Source: Candidatus Multivoradales bacterium (GTDB taxonomy: Bacteria > Acidobacteriota > Thermoanaerobaculia > Multivoradales > JAHEKO01). From it: a DNA stretch of 64,000 nt. Below, piece by piece: positions 49,074 through 59,500 of the stretch. The DNA lies in assembly GCA_965223155.1 (NCBI GenBank), contig CBDCVR010000014.1:1024001-1088000 (forward strand), given 5' to 3'. The position numbers and the translations under genes are program-made. Numbering within the stretch: the first letter of the stretch is position 1; each line of letters opens with the position of its first letter. The notes under the pieces were generated by a model that worked only from the letters and a program-made list of their open reading frames with translations, was not told where the DNA came from and did not search any database.

Positions 49074-50640
49074 CAGCACGCTCCCGGGCAGATTCCTCCA
49101 GGGCCAGCCGGATCTCTTCGAGGTCCGAGAACGGCAAGACCTCTCCGCCGACGTCCTGTCCCTGCTCGTGCCCCTTGCCGGCCACCAAGACCAGGGAAGC
49201 GCCGTCGGCCACCGCCAGGGCCCGCCGGATGGCCTCTCGTCGATCCGGTACGACGCGGTACTCCCGGGAGCCGCTCTGCTTGAGCCCGGTCTCGACCGCC
49301 GCGATGATCGCCAGTGGGTCTTCGCTCCTGGGGTTGTCGGTGGTCACGATCGGCAGATCGGCGAGCTCTCCGACAGCCCGGCCCATGAGCGGCCGCTTGC
49401 CCGGATCGCGGTCTCCACCGCAGCCGAAGACGCAGAGGATGCGCCGATCCGGGGCGAGCTCGCGCAGCGACCGAAGGGTGGCGGCAAGCGCCGCATCGGT
49501 GTGGGCGTAGTCCACGAACACCGGAAACTCCTGGCCGTGCTCCACCGGCTCGAGCCGGCCCGGAAGCGGTCCGACGACCTCGAGTCCGGCCCGGACGGCA
49601 TCGACCTCGATCCCGAGTGCGACGCCGCAGGCGGCCGACGCCAGAAGGTTCTCGAGGTTGTACCGTCCGCGGAGCGTCGAGGAGATCTCGAGCACGCCCG
49701 CCGGCGTCTCGAGCCGCGCTCGGATACCGTCCAGATCGAGCGTGGCCTCGACCACCGAGACATCGCCGCCGGAGCCGTAGGTCACGAGCGTCTCCGGGCG
49801 GCCCGATTCGCTGGCAGTCGGGGTCCCCAGATCCGTAGGCGCGGCAACCAATTCAGAGACCACCTCGCCGGTCCATTCCGCGGTCAATTCCGCTGCCAGG
49901 CGGCGACCGTAGGCGTCGGCAACGTTGACCACCGCCGAGCCGCTACTCTTCAGGCGCTCAAAGAGCTGACGCTTGGCGGCGAAGTAGTCTTCGAAGCCGG
50001 CGTGAAAGTCGAAGTGGTCGCGCGACAGGTTGGTGAAGACGGCGAGATCGAACTCGAGGCCCGCGACCCGATCGAAGGCGAGCGCGTGCGAGGAGACTTC
50101 CATCACCACCGCATCGGCGCCCCGATCCCGAACCTCGCGCAACCAAGGAACCAACTCGGTGGCCTCGGGGGTGGTGCGCTCACTTGTCGCCGAGGTCTCG
50201 GTCCCAAACCGAAAGCCGAGAGTGCCGAGCGATCCCGTGGCTCGGCCACCGGCTTCCAGGACAGCGGCCACGAGCGCCGTGACCGTTGACTTGCCGTTGG
50301 TTCCGGTGATGCCCACCAGGGTCAGCTCGCGATCCGGATGGCCCGCCAGTCTGGCGGCGAGAGGACCCAGGACGGATCGAGGATCCTCGGTCACCAGCCA
50401 CGGCGCTCGAACGCCCGACGGGCGCGCGCCGGAAGTCAAAACGCCGGAGGCACCCCTGGCCAGGGCGTCGTCGACGAAGGCCCGGCCATCGAATCGCTCT
50501 CCCACCAGGGCCACGAAGAGATCGCCGGGATGGACGCGGCGGGAGTCGTGCTGGACGCCGGTGATCTCGAAATCGGTCTCGGAGGCACCGATCGGAAGTC
50601 CGGCTATCAGGTCGGCGGCACGCATGAGCTCGATCATCAA
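49066..50640 (-). CDS. murE: UDP-MurNAc-dipeptide--meso-diaminopimelate ligase
   Basis: TGTNGKST, TTPE, MEVSSHA, VDYAHT, GCGGDRD, DNPR (mDAP type), AGKGHE. Confidence 0.97.
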   Translation of the reverse strand: MMIELMRAADLIAGLPIGASETDFEITGVQHDSRRVHPGDLFVALVGERFDGRAFVDDALARGASGVLTSGARPSGVRAPWLVTEDPRSVLGPLAARLAGHPDRELTLVGITGTNGKSTVTALVAAVLEAGGRATGSLGTLGFRFGTETSATSERTTPEATELVPWLREVRDRGADAVVMEVSSHALAFDRVAGLEFDLAVFTNLSRDHFDFHAGFEDYFAAKRQLFERLKSSGSAVVNVADAYGRRLAAELTAEWTGEVVSELVAAPTDLGTPTASESGRPETLVTYGSGGDVSVVEATLDLDGIRARLETPAGVLEISSTLRGRYNLENLLASAACGVALGIEVDAVRAGLEVVGPLPGRLEPVEHGQEFPVFVDYAHTDAALAATLRSLRELAPDRRILCVFGCGGDRDPGKRPLMGRAVGELADLPIVTTDNPRSEDPLAIIAAVETGLKQSGSREYRVVPDRREAIRRALAVADGASLVLVAGKGHEQGQDVGGEVLPFSDLEEIRLALEESARERADG

Positions 50641-52556
50641 GAGGAGCGATCTCCCAGCCAGATCTCGACCGTGCCTTGGGCCGCGTCGAGCGGTAGGCCG
50701 GCCGGAGGCGACTGGGCGCTGACGAATCCACTGCCGTTGATGGATGGGGTGATCCCCCGCTTCGCAAGAACCCGGATCGCCTCGCGCGCGGTCAGACCCT
50801 GGAGGTCCGGGATCGCGTCGATGGGGAGCTCGCGCCGGGCTTCTCGAGCTGGGAGCACTGGCCTCTCGCCAGGCGCCGCGGCCAAGCGCGAGCCCGGGGC
50901 GGGCGGCACCGCCAGGTAGGGCAAGGCGCGCTCCACGACGCGGCCGAACACCGGCGCGGCGACCTCGCCGCCGTGGTACCGGCCGACCGGCTCATCCAGG
51001 ATGACGACCCCCACCACCACCGGTTCACGCGATGGGGCGAACCCTGCGAACGAGGCGATGTGGGCGGTTGCCGAGTACCCTTCGCCCGGAACGGCCTTTT
51101 GCGCCGTGCCGGTCTTGCCGGCCACGCGGTACCCGTCCACAGCCGCCGCCCGGCCGGTTCCTTCATCCACCACCGCCTCGAGCATTCGCAAGAGCGAGCG
51201 CAGAGTCGCCGGATGGGCCACCGGCTCCGTAGCGATGGGCCGGTCCAGCCGCTCCAAGCGCCCGCCGCGGCCCAGCGCGGACACCAGATGAGGACGCACC
51301 CGGTAGCCACCATTGGCGAGAGCCGCGAACGCGGTCACCAGTTGCATGGGCGTGACCGACAGACCTTGGCCGATCGACAGATAGGCGGCCTCGTTTCTGG
51401 CCCAGCGCTCCACCGGCCGCAGGATGCCGGCGCTCTCGCCCGGTAGGTCCACGTTGGTGCGCTGGCCGAAACCGAAATCGCGCGTGGTCGCGAAGAAGTC
51501 CTCCCGCTCGACCAAGAGCCCAGTCTTGATCGCGCCCACGTTGCTTGAGGCGGCGATCACGTCACGAAGCGTCAAGTCACCGAAGGGCTTGTGATCGCGG
51601 ATCACGGTGCGGCCCAGGGTGATGCTGCCGTGCTCGCAATCGATCACGTCCATCGGATCGATCAGGTTCCGGTCGAGGGCGGCGGCGGCGGTCACCGCCT
51701 TGAAGGTCGAGCCCGGCTCGTAGGCGAATTGGATCGCTAGGTTCTGCCAGCGCTCGGCGTCGTACTCGGAGAAACGGTTGGGGTCGAAGGCCGGCTCCGA
51801 GGCCATCGCCAGAATGGCGCCGTCGGCAGGGTTCATGAGGATCGCCACACCCTGCTTCGCCGAGCTCGCGCTCACCGCCGCGGCCAGCTCCTCCTCGACC
51901 ACGTGCTGCACCGTGGCGTCCAGGGTCAGGTGGAGATCCGCCCCGGGCTCGGCGTCGATGAACGAGTAGCCGGGCGCGACTACCCGGCCGTCACGGGCGT
52001 CCTTGACCAGGCGCCGATCGACCGAACGCCCGGAGACGAGCTCGTTATACGCAGCTTCGAGCCCGGCCAGACCCGTGTGGTCGGTGCCCACGAACCCGAG
52101 CACGGCCCCGGCCGTTTCCTGGAGCGGGTAGAAGCGCTTGCTCTCGCGCACGAAACCGATACCCTCGAGCTCGAGGGCACGCACCGCTCCGGCCACGGGC
52201 GGATCCAACTGCCGTTCGAGCCACAGCCAGCGCTTCTCCGAGGTCAGACGCTCGAAGATTTCGGATTCGCTCGCGGCCAAGAGGCGCGCCAGCTCGGCGG
52301 CGGCACCGGCCGGGTCCAGGACCTCGTGTGGCAACACATAGACCGAGTCCACCGCCACCGACACGGCAAGCGTCCGGCCGCGGGCATCGAAGAGGGTGCC
52401 CCGGGGCGGCACCAGCTCGACCACCCGCTGCTGCTGTTCGCTGGCCTTGTCCAGATAGCGAGCGTGGTCAACGACTTGGACGCGGTAGAGACGCGCCGAG
52501 ATCGCCCCCGCCCAGAGCGCCATCAGCGCGAGAAAGATCCAGAGACGGCTCTTCAC
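50637..52556 (-). CDS. ftsI: Class B penicillin-binding protein with C-terminal PASTA-like domain
   Basis: PRG...D, R.YP, G..GLE, EPGSTFK (SxxK), SSN, KTGTAQK. Confidence 0.95.
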   Translation of the reverse strand: MKSRLWIFLALMALWAGAISARLYRVQVVDHARYLDKASEQQQRVVELVPPRGTLFDARGRTLAVSVAVDSVYVLPHEVLDPAGAAAELARLLAASESEIFERLTSEKRWLWLERQLDPPVAGAVRALELEGIGFVRESKRFYPLQETAGAVLGFVGTDHTGLAGLEAAYNELVSGRSVDRRLVKDARDGRVVAPGYSFIDAEPGADLHLTLDATVQHVVEEELAAAVSASSAKQGVAILMNPADGAILAMASEPAFDPNRFSEYDAERWQNLAIQFAYEPGSTFKAVTAAAALDRNLIDPMDVIDCEHGSITLGRTVIRDHKPFGDLTLRDVIAASSNVGAIKTGLLVEREDFFATTRDFGFGQRTNVDLPGESAGILRPVERWARNEAAYLSIGQGLSVTPMQLVTAFAALANGGYRVRPHLVSALGRGGRLERLDRPIATEPVAHPATLRSLLRMLEAVVDEGTGRAAAVDGYRVAGKTGTAQKAVPGEGYSATAHIASFAGFAPSREPVVVGVVILDEPVGRYHGGEVAAPVFGRVVERALPYLAVPPAPGSRLAAAPGERPVLPAREARRELPIDAIPDLQGLTAREAIRVLAKRGITPSINGSGFVSAQSPPAGLPLDAAQGTVEIWLGDRSS

Positions 52557-52966
52557 GGATCGCTTCCACCGAGCGGCCCACCGACCGGCTCGCGAACCGG
52601 TTCGGCAATTGAGCCGGAGACCAGGGGAACAGCGCCCGCGACGAGCATCTGGTCGGCGCGTAGGGGACCAAGAGCCAGCTCGACGCGCGCGCGCGTCTCG
52701 AGGCGGCCCGGGCTCTCGAGATACGCCGCCTCGAGCTCGAGTTGGCGCGCCTGCTCCTGGAGTCCCTGCAGGGCCTCTTCCATGGCGTGAATTCGGTAGC
52801 CGGTGCCCAGCACCTGAGCGTGCAGCCACACGTAGAGGAGCGCGCCCAGGCCGACCGGCAGCAGCGTTCCCGCTACCCACAGGAGCTCGCTCCGCCGGCG
52901 CCGGTCCCGCTCGCGAATCAGGTACGTGTTGACGACCGGGCGCGCAACCGCGTACTCACGCCTCAT
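52553..52966 (-). CDS. ftsL: Cell division protein FtsL
   Basis: Basic N-terminus, TM, leucine-zipper helix; lies between rsmH and ftsI. Confidence 0.82.
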   Translation of the reverse strand: MRREYAVARPVVNTYLIRERDRRRRSELLWVAGTLLPVGLGALLYVWLHAQVLGTGYRIHAMEEALQGLQEQARQLELEAAYLESPGRLETRARVELALGPLRADQMLVAGAVPLVSGSIAEPVREPVGGPLGGSDP

Positions 52967-52971
52967 GACGG

Positions 52972-53898
52972 CTACAGCCTCCTCGCCGCGCGCAGTCGCG
53001 CGGACCGAGCACGTGGGTTGACGGCGACCTCGGCGTCGCTCGGACGAACCGGCTTCTTGGTCAGCACCTCGATGACGCGGGTCTCGGCGTGGGGACGGCC
53101 GGTCACCTCGTCGATCTTGCCGCGGGCCAAGCGGCGCAGGGAGTTCTTGACCAGGCGGTCTTCGAGCGAGTGATAGGAAATCACCACCAGCCGGCCACCG
53201 TCATCTTCCAGCAGTCGGGAGACCTCGTCCAGAAGTCCTTCCAACTGGCGCAGCTCCTGGTTGACCTCGATCCGCAACGCCTGGAAAACACGGGTCGCCG
53301 GATCCACCCTGCCCTCGCGAGATCCGGGCCGGACGTTCTTGGCGCGGTGCACGAGATCACGCAGCTCGCCCGTCGTCTGGATAGACCGGTCCCGGCGCGC
53401 CTCCACGACGGCACGCGCAATCCGGCGGCCTTGCCGCTCGTCGCCATACTTCCAAAACATCTCTCGCAACGCTTCCTCCGAATAGGTTGCAACGACCTCA
53501 GCCGCCGTCAAATCCCCGTCTCCCATCCGCATGTCCAGGGGGCCGTCCCGCCGGAAGCTGAAGCCCCGCTCGGCACGATCCAGCTGGAGCGATGAGACGC
53601 CCAGATCCGCCAGGATCCCGACCGCCCGCGTCCAGCCCTCGGCAGCCACCACCTCGCCCACCCGATCGAAGGTCGCTTCGACCAGGCGCACGCGCTCGCC
53701 AAACCGCGAGAGGCGCTCTCGCGCCAGCGCCAGCGCCTCTCGATCCCGGTCGATCCCCAAGAGATCGACACCCGGATTCCGGCTCAGAATCGCTTCCGCG
53801 TGACCGCCGAGCCCCACCGTGCAGTCCACGACCAGCCCCGTTCCCTCGAGGGCCAGAAAGTCCAGGACCTCTTCGACCAGAACGGGTACGTGCCGCAC
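52972..53898 (-). CDS. rsmH: 16S rRNA m4C1402 methyltransferase
   Basis: HVPVL, DCTVGLGGH, DLGVSS.QLD, RGFSF, PLDMRM, FQALRIEVN, SYHSLEDR, NPRARSA. Alternative TTG start at 53922. Confidence 0.97.
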   Translation of the reverse strand: MRHVPVLVEEVLDFLALEGTGLVVDCTVGLGGHAEAILSRNPGVDLLGIDRDREALALARERLSRFGERVRLVEATFDRVGEVVAAEGWTRAVGILADLGVSSLQLDRAERGFSFRRDGPLDMRMGDGDLTAAEVVATYSEEALREMFWKYGDERQGRRIARAVVEARRDRSIQTTGELRDLVHRAKNVRPGSREGRVDPATRVFQALRIEVNQELRQLEGLLDEVSRLLEDDGGRLVVISYHSLEDRLVKNSLRRLARGKIDEVTGRPHAETRVIEVLTKKPVRPSDAEVAVNPRARSARLRAARRL

Positions 53899-53933
53899 CG
53901 CACTCGATTCAATGAACTTCAAGCGGACGGGAC

Positions 53934-54374
53934 CTAGATGTCCCGCTCGCTCAGATACTCGAAATCGTCGTCCGTGAACGGCTGATCGTCGAAGCGCTTG
54001 GTCAGCCGCTCGTGGTTCCATACCTCCAGATGATCGAGCCGGCCGCTGACGATGACCTCCCCCGCCATCGCCGCCCGATCACGCAGAATCTGCGGCACCA
54101 GGACGCGGCCCTGAGCATCCAGTTGGGCCTGCTGGCCGAAATACGATACCCGCTCCAGGTAGCGCCTCCTGGTCCGGTCGGTCGAGGGCAGCTTGGCCAG
54201 CCGTTCCTCGACGCCTTTCCAGACATCGAGTGGATAGACCAACGCCGCATCGCCCATCACGGAGGTAATGAAGACATCACGGCCATAGCGTTCCTCCAGC
54301 TCCCTCCGGAAGCCGGTCGGCACCTTGAGCCGGCCTTTGTCGTCGATTTTGGTTGGCGCACTACCCCGAAACAT
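53934..54374 (-). CDS. mraZ: Transcriptional regulator MraZ
   Basis: MFRG, IDDKGRL..P and LDAQGRV..P repeats, LEVW. Confidence 0.95.
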   Translation of the reverse strand: MFRGSAPTKIDDKGRLKVPTGFRRELEERYGRDVFITSVMGDAALVYPLDVWKGVEERLAKLPSTDRTRRRYLERVSYFGQQAQLDAQGRVLVPQILRDRAAMAGEVIVSGRLDHLEVWNHERLTKRFDDQPFTDDDFEYLSERDI

Positions 54375-54406
54375 GTCCGCAGACACCCTTTCCAGAGACT
54401 CGGGCG

Positions 54407-54450
54407 AGTCTACCACTGAGGTCCACTTCTGTCCATTTTGGACCACGCTG
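54407..54450 (-). promoter_or_regulatory. dcw promoter with four MraZ-type GTGG repeats at a 10-nt period
   Basis: Minus strand cagcGTGGtc caaaATGGac agaaGTGGac ctcaGTGGta, running into extended -10 TGgTAGACT. Confidence 0.8.
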
Positions 54451-54529
54451 GCCGGCACGTGGGCGAAATTTCGGCGCAAGTCCGAGCGAGGGTGCTCCGG
54501 CCGCTCGCCGACGGCGCTCTGCCGGCTAG

Positions 54530-55633
54530 CTAGCGGCCTTCGGTCGCGGACTCGGGGACCGAGGCGCCGGCCGGCCCGTCCAGGGGGTCATCCGAGCCAG
54601 CCGCTCCAGAAGCCCCGGTCAGGCCTTGGAAGCCCGCTGCCTCCGGAGGCGGATAAGCCAAGACGTAGGCCGCGGCCTCGAGATCGGCCATGTACCCGGC
54701 CAGTTTGTCCTGGAAACGCCGGTCGCGCTCCTGGAGCTCGATCTCTTCCTGGACGGCGGCGAACTCCTGGACCGCTGCTTCGCGCCGCTCGAGCACCTGC
54801 AAGAGGTGCAGGCCGCCGCGCGCCCGAGTCGGCTCGCTCACGCCCCCGGTTTCGAGCGCCGCAAGCGCCGCGGCCAGAGCCTCGTCCAGGTCCTCGACGG
54901 TGACCCAACCCAGCTCGATCCAACCCGTCGTCCGCCCGGCCGGCTGGTGCTCGGCCAGAAGCTCGGCCTCGGCGCCGTCCAGCATCGCTTGGCGCAGCCC
55001 ACCCGCGATCTCGGTCATCTCGGCCTCGGCCAGGCCGCCGCTGTCGAGAACTACGATCTCGCGCAGCCGGACCGCGCTGGGCTCGGCGAACTCCTCCAGG
55101 TGGGTGCCGTAGTAGCGGCGCAGGTCTTCCTCGGTGACCTCCACCTGGGAGTAGACCTCCTTGGCGAAGACCTCACGCATGCGCAGGTTCTTCTCGATCT
55201 GGTCGCGGAACGACTCGCGCGTCATGCCGACTTGGGCCAGGGCGCGCTCGTAGTCGGCGTCGCTGCTGATGCCGAAGTTTTCCTTCGAGCGCTCGACCGC
55301 ATCGGCCAGCTCGGACGGGGTCAGGCGGATGTCCAGCTGGTCCGCGCGCGACAGGACCAGCATCTCCTCATAGAGGTCACGCAGAGTGTCGACCGGCAAG
55401 CTCGCCCGCAGCCGCTCGGTCTCTTCTTGTGGCAGCTGGCGCCGGCGCAGCTCGTTGAGCCGATCGCGCTTTGCGACCTCGTAGTCGTAGAGGGTCGCGA
55501 TGCGGTCGTTGACTCGCAACACGATGCGGTTGGCTTCGGCGCGGGCCGGCGCGGGCGCGATCGCCGCAAGTGCCACGATCACGGTAGTCGCTGCGATCGC
55601 AGCGGGGAAGATGCAAAGCTGTCGCTGGCTCAT
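54530..55633 (-). CDS. SurA/PrsA-family chaperone with parvulin-like domain
   Basis: Signal peptide, RIVLRVNDRIAT, VRLREIV, ELGWV, GGVSEP...GGLHLLQV. Confidence 0.82.
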   Translation of the reverse strand: MSQRQLCIFPAAIAATTVIVALAAIAPAPARAEANRIVLRVNDRIATLYDYEVAKRDRLNELRRRQLPQEETERLRASLPVDTLRDLYEEMLVLSRADQLDIRLTPSELADAVERSKENFGISSDADYERALAQVGMTRESFRDQIEKNLRMREVFAKEVYSQVEVTEEDLRRYYGTHLEEFAEPSAVRLREIVVLDSGGLAEAEMTEIAGGLRQAMLDGAEAELLAEHQPAGRTTGWIELGWVTVEDLDEALAAALAALETGGVSEPTRARGGLHLLQVLERREAAVQEFAAVQEEIELQERDRRFQDKLAGYMADLEAAAYVLAYPPPEAAGFQGLTGASGAAGSDDPLDGPAGASVPESATEGR

Positions 55634-55652
55634 AGCCTCTCTTGGATCCCTG

Positions 55653-56546
55653 CTAGCGTCGGTGACGGCCTTGGTAGTGGAACGGAAGGTTCCCGCCGTA
55701 GACGCGGACATTGTACCGCTCCACGGCCGTGCCGACGAGTCGAGTCCGCGCGTCGTTTCGAGCGCGCTCGGCCAGCTCACGCTCGATCTCCGCTCGCGCC
55801 TCGGCTAGCGGCACCTCCCGGCCCACCTCGAATCCTTCGACGAAGAAGATGTGAAAGCCGTAGTCCGCGGCCACGATGCTGCTGACCTGGCCTTCGTCCA
55901 GGGCGAAGATCCGTCTGGCGAGATCCGGCGGCAAGTCTTCGCGGCCGAGCCAGCCTTGGTCGCCGCCGTCCTGAGCTCGCGGCCCTTCGGAGTAGGTGCG
56001 CGCGATCTGATCGAAGGGATGGCCGCGGCGCAGCTCCCCAATCGCCTGCTCGGCTTTGCCCCGATCCTCGACCAGGATCTGGCGCAAGCGAACCCGCTCG
56101 GGGAGAACGAAACGGCTGGCGTGCGACCGGTAATAGGCCCGCACCTCGTCCTCGCTCGGCGTCGCGGTCTCCCGGGCGATGAGGCGACGCACCTCGGAGG
56201 ACCCCGCCTGCCGCGATCCGCCGCCTTCCCCTGCCTCGGATCCCCGCCCACCGGCCTGCCGCTCGCGGGCCAAGCGCTCGAGAAGAAGCTCGGCGATGAA
56301 CTGGTCGAAGAGGCCGGACAAGACCTTCGGATCGAGCGAGGGCGCGTCCGCAATGCCGTTCGCCGTCAAATAGGCGTCAAACTCCGAATAAGCAATGGCC
56401 TCGGCTTCGATCTCGAGGGCGACGTCCGGGCCGGGCGCTCCACGCGAGCAAGCCAGCGAGAGAGCGGCGGCAACCAATGCCACCGAGGCCAGAAAGAGCG
56501 CCGGCACCGCAAACTCGCGCCGGACTCGTCTACCCGCTCGCGCCAC
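55653..56546 (-). CDS. PpiC-type peptidyl-prolyl isomerase, probable lipoprotein
   Basis: LSLAC lipobox-like, VRLRQILV, F..IARTYS, GGDQGW, GQVS, YGFHIF. Confidence 0.85.
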   Translation of the reverse strand: MARAGRRVRREFAVPALFLASVALVAAALSLACSRGAPGPDVALEIEAEAIAYSEFDAYLTANGIADAPSLDPKVLSGLFDQFIAELLLERLARERQAGGRGSEAGEGGGSRQAGSSEVRRLIARETATPSEDEVRAYYRSHASRFVLPERVRLRQILVEDRGKAEQAIGELRRGHPFDQIARTYSEGPRAQDGGDQGWLGREDLPPDLARRIFALDEGQVSSIVAADYGFHIFFVEGFEVGREVPLAEARAEIERELAERARNDARTRLVGTAVERYNVRVYGGNLPFHYQGRHRR

Positions 56547-59500
56547 CTTCGTCTCCCGTCACCGCGGTGAGCGTTTCCAACGCTCGGGCAACCAGCTGCT
56601 CGGTGGGCACATCGGCGCACGTTAGCACCCCGGTCGGACTGAACGAGGCTTCGGGATGCTCGCCTACGAACCGGATCAATTCCTCGGCGCGCACCGGCGT
56701 GTCCTGGCGGAAGCGAATCAGGAGATCGCCCGCGCGCGCCGAGATCGCCTGGACCTTGAGGCGCTCAGCCAGACCCTTGAGACCGGCCACCTCCAGGAGC
56801 CGAAAGACCTGTGCCGGGGGCTCGCCGAAACGGTCGCGCAACTCGGCGACGATCTCTTCCACCGGCCGCTCGGCCGCCGCGATCTGCCGGTAGAGCTCGA
56901 GCCTAAGGTTCTGCTGAGGCACGTAGTCGGTCGGAATGGTCCAGTCGATAGGCAGCTCGATCGCAGTCGAGACGTCCGAGCCGAGCGCTTTGCCCTGAAG
57001 CTCTTGCACCGTTTCCTCGAGCATCTTGAGATAGGTCTCGAGCCCCACCGCCGAGATGTGGCCGCTCTGCTCGGCGCCCAGCAAGTCGCCGGCGCCCCGG
57101 ATCTCGAGGTCGCGGGCGGCGACCCGGAAGCCGGCACCGAGCTCGGTGAACTCGCGAATCGCCTCTAGACGCTTGCGCGAGACCTCGGTCAGAACGCGGT
57201 CCTCGGGCGTCAAGAGATAACAGTAGCCCAGCCGCCGGCTGCGCCCTACGCGGCCGCGCAACTGGTAAAGCTGAGCCAGGCCGAAGCGGTCGGCCCGGTG
57301 CACGAGAATGGTGTTGACGTTGGGAATGTCGATGCCGTTTTCGATGATCGTCGTCGCCAGCAAGAGATCGTAGTCGCCGGCCTTGAACGCGTGCATCCGG
57401 CGCGCCAGCTCGCCTTCGGGCAATTGGCCGTGGCCCACGACCAACCGGGCGCGTGGAACGATCTCGCGCAGCTCCTCGGCCATCTCGGTGATCGTCTCGA
57501 CGCGATTGAAGACGTAGTAGATCTGACCGTTCCGATCCAGCTCGTACTCGATGGCTTCTCGGATGAGCTGTCTGCCGAACGGCACGATCGCCGTCTCGAC
57601 CGACATGCGATCACGGGGCGGGGTCTCGATCGTCGATAGATCCCGCACTCCGGCCAGGGAAAGCTGCAACGTCCTGGGTACCGGGGTGGCGGTCATCGCC
57701 AGCACGTGCACGTTCTTCTTGAGCTTGCGCAAGCGCTCTTTCTGGGCCACTCCAAAGCGCTGTTCTTCGTCGATGACGAGAAGACCGAGCCGCTCGAAGC
57801 TCAGATCCTGGTTGAGCAGCCGGTGGGTGCCGATCAGGATGTCGATCCGTCCGGTCGCGAGACGCTCGCGCACGTCGGCAATGCCGCGGCCGGAGCGGAA
57901 GCGGGAGACCATGTCCACCTCGACCGGGAAGCCCGCGAAGCGCCGGCGGAAGGTCTCGAGGTGTTGATCGGCCAGAATCGTCGTCGGCGCCAGCACCGCA
58001 ACTTGGTAGCCGCCGTCGACGGCCTTGAAGGCCGCGCGCATCGCGACCTCGGTCTTGCCGAAGCCGACATCGCCGCACAGCAACCGGTCCATCGGCCGCT
58101 CGCTCTCAAGGTCCCGCTTGACCGAGCCCGCAGCTTCGACTTGGTCGGGGGTGGGTTCATAGTCGAAGGCTGCTTCAAACTGACGCTGGAGGTCGGTGTC
58201 CGGACCCATGGGCGGGGCCTTGGCCACCTGGCGCTCGGCGTAGAGCTTGAGCAGGTCCCCGGCCATCCGGCGCATGCCCGCCCTGACGCGTTGCTTCTTG
58301 CGGCTCCAAGACGTCCCACCGAGCCGATCCAGCTTGGGCTGGACTCCTTCGAATCCCTGGTACCGCTGCAGCCGGTCGAGTCCCGAAGCCGGCAGCAGCA
58401 GCGTCTTGTCCGCGCCGTACGCGATCTCCAGGAGCTCCGCGACGGCACCCGCACCGGCGGGAGCGGCGGTACGTAGCGTCTCGGGGACCGGGTCGGCGGC
58501 AGCAGCGCCATCCAGGGTCCGCAATCCCACGAACTGGCCGATGCCGTGGTCGCGATGGACGACGAAGTCTCCGACCTTGAGATCGCGCAGGCCGGCAAAG
58601 AAGACCGAGCCGAGCCGGCGCCGGCGGGGCGCAACCCGTCGAAAGAGCTGATCCTCACCGACCAGTACGAGACCGATCGATTCCAGCCGGAAGCCCCGTG
58701 TCAGCTCGCCGCCGACGATCTCCACCGAAGCGCCCAGGCGGCCGTCCGCGGCCCGCTCCAGCGGGCGGCCCGGATGGCCGATTCCGTAGGACTCACAAAA
58801 GCTCTCCAGCCGGCCGTGGTGCCTTGGCGGAGCCACCAGCACCACGCGCTCGCCGCGCGCGCCGGCGGCCTCGACTTCGGTGCGAAACCGAGCGAGCTGG
58901 GTGTGGAAGACCTCGGTGCGCTGTGCCTTGAAGTTCACGGCTTCGGCGGGTGCCTCGGCTGCCAGAAGAAGGTCGGCCGCCGCGAGCTTCTCTTCCAAGA
59001 CCTCCGGAGGCTGCAGCAGGCGCTCCGGCGGCGGCGCCGGCAGGCCCCGCGCGAGCGAGCGCTCGAAGTCTGCGGCGGCCCGCTCTCGGTGGCCGGCAAG
59101 TTCGGTCCGGACTTCTTCCGGCTCGAAGACCACCAGCCACCCCACCGAGCCCGACCACGCAAAGAGATCCGCCGAGGGCCGGCCCGGCTCCTCCACCGCC
59201 GGCACCATCTCCTCCCAGCCCGGAAAGGCACGGCCCAGCTCGAGCAGCTCGACCCGCTCCCGTCCTTCCCGCGCCCAGCCTTCCGCGGGCTCCGTCGTCG
59301 CCAGCACTTCGGCCAGCTCCGCGGCCACTCCGGCCATCGCGTCCTCACCTAACGCCACCAGGTGAAGCGGCAAGATCCGCAGCTCGGTCAGAGGATCGTG
59401 CGAGCGTTGATCCGAGGGCTCGAAGGACCGCATCGACTCGACCTCGTCGCCGAAGAAGTCCACCCGCACCGGCAGCTCCCGTCCTGCCGGGAAAAGGTCC

